From contig JBGSZS010000018.1 of the NCBI GenBank assembly GCA_041750285.1, positions 224,001 through 288,000 on the forward strand: a stretch of 64,000 nucleotides of DNA, in the 5' to 3' direction. Position numbers and translations under genes: made by a program. Under the pieces are notes generated by a model. That model was not told the origin of the DNA. It saw nothing but the letters and a program-made list of their open reading frames with translations, and did no database searches. Shown here piece by piece: positions 61,991 to 64,000 of this stretch (positions are counted from its first letter, which is position 1; the number at the start of each line of letters is the position of its first letter). Source of the stretch: Candidatus Fermentibacteraceae bacterium (lineage in GTDB: Bacteria > Fermentibacterota > Fermentibacteria > Fermentibacterales > JCC-6).

Positions 61991-62913
61991 GCGTTGTTCC
62001 GTTCCGTATTGCCGAACAGGAGCTTCAGGGCTTTTGTGCAGTATGCCGCCCTGAACCTTCCATCCCTTCTTCGAAGGGCGGGGTTGAGTGATCCGGCAGC
62101 CATGCGCCCCAGCATGAGCAACGCCATCCACACCCGGAATGCCGCCCGGGAGCCGGCGCCGGCATGCTTGGACAGAAACCTGATCTTCGCTGGAATATAC
62201 CGCAGGTACACATTCTCACCAAACTTGCGTTTCGCGGAAGCTCCCTCCAGATGCACCACCTGTGAGGAAGGGATGAACCAGGTTTCCCAGCCCGCCTTGA
62301 GCAGGCGGTACTGAAGGTCGGTTTCCTCGTGGTAGAAGAAGAAATCCTCGTCGAACCCCCCCACAGCCCTGAGGGCATCGGTCCTCACCGCCATCACCGC
62401 TCCGACGAGCCAGTCGCACCTCATTTCCGTGTCATGTGCGTTGTGCCTGTATGAACGGTGGCGAAGAAGCGGCAGGTGCTCGATGATCACCTTTCCGGGG
62501 AAGGGGAAGTCACGCATGGACTGCTGGAGGCTTCCGTCGGGCCAGAGCAGCCTGGGCCCGGCAAGGCCGGCCCGGGGATGTCTGAGCAGTCCATCGACAA
62601 GGCTTGCGATGCTGCCCTCACGGAACAGCGTATCGGAATTGGCAATGACCGTGACATCGGTGTCAACGCCACGCATGGCTTCGTTCACGCCTGCTGCGAA
62701 ACCAAGGTTCACCGGGCTTCTGACCAGTCTGAAGCCCGGGTTCCGCCCCATCAGCTCCAGCGCGTCACGATCCGATCCGTCCTCGGATCCGTTGTCGAAC
62801 ACGAGCAGCTTCCCCCCGGACGCTGCAACCTGTTCAAGGACCGATCCCAGCATTCCCGGCAGTATTTCCCTGCCGTTCCAGTTCAGCACCAGGAGGGTGT
62901 ATCCGTGCATCAC
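61987..62913 (-). CDS. Glycosyltransferase family 2 (rhamnosyltransferase-like)
   Basis: LNWN, DNGSEDG, N.GFAAG.N, NSD, GFDEDFFFY.EE.D. Confidence 0.88.
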   Translation of the reverse strand: MMHGYTLLVLNWNGREILPGMLGSVLEQVAASGGKLLVFDNGSEDGSDRDALELMGRNPGFRLVRSPVNLGFAAGVNEAMRGVDTDVTVIANSDTLFREGSIASLVDGLLRHPRAGLAGPRLLWPDGSLQQSMRDFPFPGKVIIEHLPLLRHRSYRHNAHDTEMRCDWLVGAVMAVRTDALRAVGGFDEDFFFYHEETDLQYRLLKAGWETWFIPSSQVVHLEGASAKRKFGENVYLRYIPAKIRFLSKHAGAGSRAAFRVWMALLMLGRMAAGSLNPALRRRDGRFRAAYCTKALKLLFGNTERNNA

Positions 62914-64000
62914 ACCCCCCTGAGAAGTGTATCGAGGCTGTCCCTGACGGCCTGGAAACGGACCAGCTCGTCTCCCTCCAGCGCCCGGCGCCTGCTGCCG
63001 AGATAGATGTAGGGATCGACGGGGTTGTCGTTCGGGTCGTTTATCTGGTAGTGCAGATGGCTGGCGTAGGATCTGCCCGTGTTGCCGACTGTTCCTATCT
63101 GGGCGCCCTGCTCGACGGTCCTTCCCGGAGAGACCCCTGCCGAGATCTCATCAAGATGAAGGAACACCTCCCTGTAGCCGCAGAAGTCTATCTCCACGCA
63201 TCTACCGTTGTAGTCGGCGTTCCAGTCCACCCTGTTCACCCGCCCGCCGAGGGTTGTCCTTACCGGAACGCCTGTGGGCGCCTTGAAGTCAACCCCGTGG
63301 TGCGTTCCCGAACCCCGGATCTCTCCGAAAATGCCCGTGACCTCCTCGAAGGTCGAAAGTGGCATGCGGTTGAGAAGCCTCACCACCTCGGTTCCGTTGG
63401 CGTACCAGATGCTCGGGAAGTTGTCGCCGGTCTTGTGAAAGACATAGACACTGAAGCCGCTGTTCGTTGAACCCGCCAATGGGATGTACCGCAGGGCCGC
63501 AACAGTGTTCTCCCTGGAGCCGGGCCGGGTGGAGTAGAGGATCCTGAGCGAATCACCTGCAATCAGGCCTGTCCAGGGGTTTATGTCCCACCAGAGGTAT
63601 CTCACGCAATGCGCTCCAAGGACGTCGGGAGCAACCCCGGTGGCGCCCTGAAGGCTTCCGTACAGGGAACCCCTTATCTCGACGGCCAGAAGGTTCAGAT
63701 CCGCCGGCAGCACGGGAAGCGTTTCCGGAAGGGAATCGGTAATGGCGGAATCGGGAGGGAGACCTGTGGAATCCGCCAAAATCGATGATGTGGTGTCAGA
63801 GGCGAGCAAGTCCGGGAGAAGCATGGCTGTGGAATCCGTTATCTGGTGAAAAATGGGCTCGTGGACCTGGGGGTCGTCGGGGATTCCCACATAGTCACCG
63901 GCCCGCAGAACAAGCACATCATCCCCTTCGGGCGGGGATACGCAGCCGGAGAAGATGACCGTCGTCAATAATACGCACAGAAGTCCGGTGGTAAATGCGG
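62910..64000 (-). CDS. M23 family metallopeptidase lipoprotein (5' end off window)
   Basis: HHGVDF, HL, GNTGRS...HLHY. Frame open to the window edge with ...LLCVLLTTVIFSGC lipobox. Confidence 0.85.
   Translation of the reverse strand, partial: AFTTGLLCVLLTTVIFSGCVSPPEGDDVLVLRAGDYVGIPDDPQVHEPIFHQITDSTAMLLPDLLASDTTSSILADSTGLPPDSAITDSLPETLPVLPADLNLLAVEIRGSLYGSLQGATGVAPDVLGAHCVRYLWWDINPWTGLIAGDSLRILYSTRPGSRENTVAALRYIPLAGSTNSGFSVYVFHKTGDNFPSIWYANGTEVVRLLNRMPLSTFEEVTGIFGEIRGSGTHHGVDFKAPTGVPVRTTLGGRVNRVDWNADYNGRCVEIDFCGYREVFLHLDEISAGVSPGRTVEQGAQIGTVGNTGRSYASHLHYQINDPNDNPVDPYIYLGSRRRALEGDELVRFQAVRDSLDTLLRGV

Overview
Core chromosome of a GC-rich (~60-65% by eye), diderm anaerobic bacterium. Bacteroidota-like C-terminal sorting domains and a TWGAIK C-terminal tail suggest an FCB-superphylum lineage such as Fermentibacterota; this is inference, not a search result. 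About 55 tightly packed, often translationally coupled genes. Housekeeping: ribD-ribE-ribBA-ribH-nusB, metG, holB, metK, dnaK-grpE-dnaJ, uvrA, nfo, archaeal-type aspS, hflKC. Amino-acid and organic-acid fermentation: gdh, lysine 6-aminotransferase, ptb, buk, methylmalonyl-CoA mutase, a carboxyltransferase and a NuoE-like subunit. Many cell-envelope glycosylation genes are interspersed. I found no rRNA, tRNA, CRISPR array, integrase or transposase. Best leads: (1) a SAM-II riboswitch before metK wired to an antiterminator/terminator; (2) a 7-kb surface-protein locus (RCC1 propeller with CTD, TWGAIK-tailed protein, degenerate parvulin lipoprotein, O-antigen-ligase-like/TPR protein, C25 protease with CTD); (3) an orphan compact DnaE2 with an apparently leaderless promoter at the edge of a REP/MITE-like element; (4) a sigma54 promoter for dnaK and a pseudo-receiver bEBP; (5) probable CTG starts and a small membrane protein missing from the ORF track. 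Many start sites were re-called from RBS and overlap evidence.
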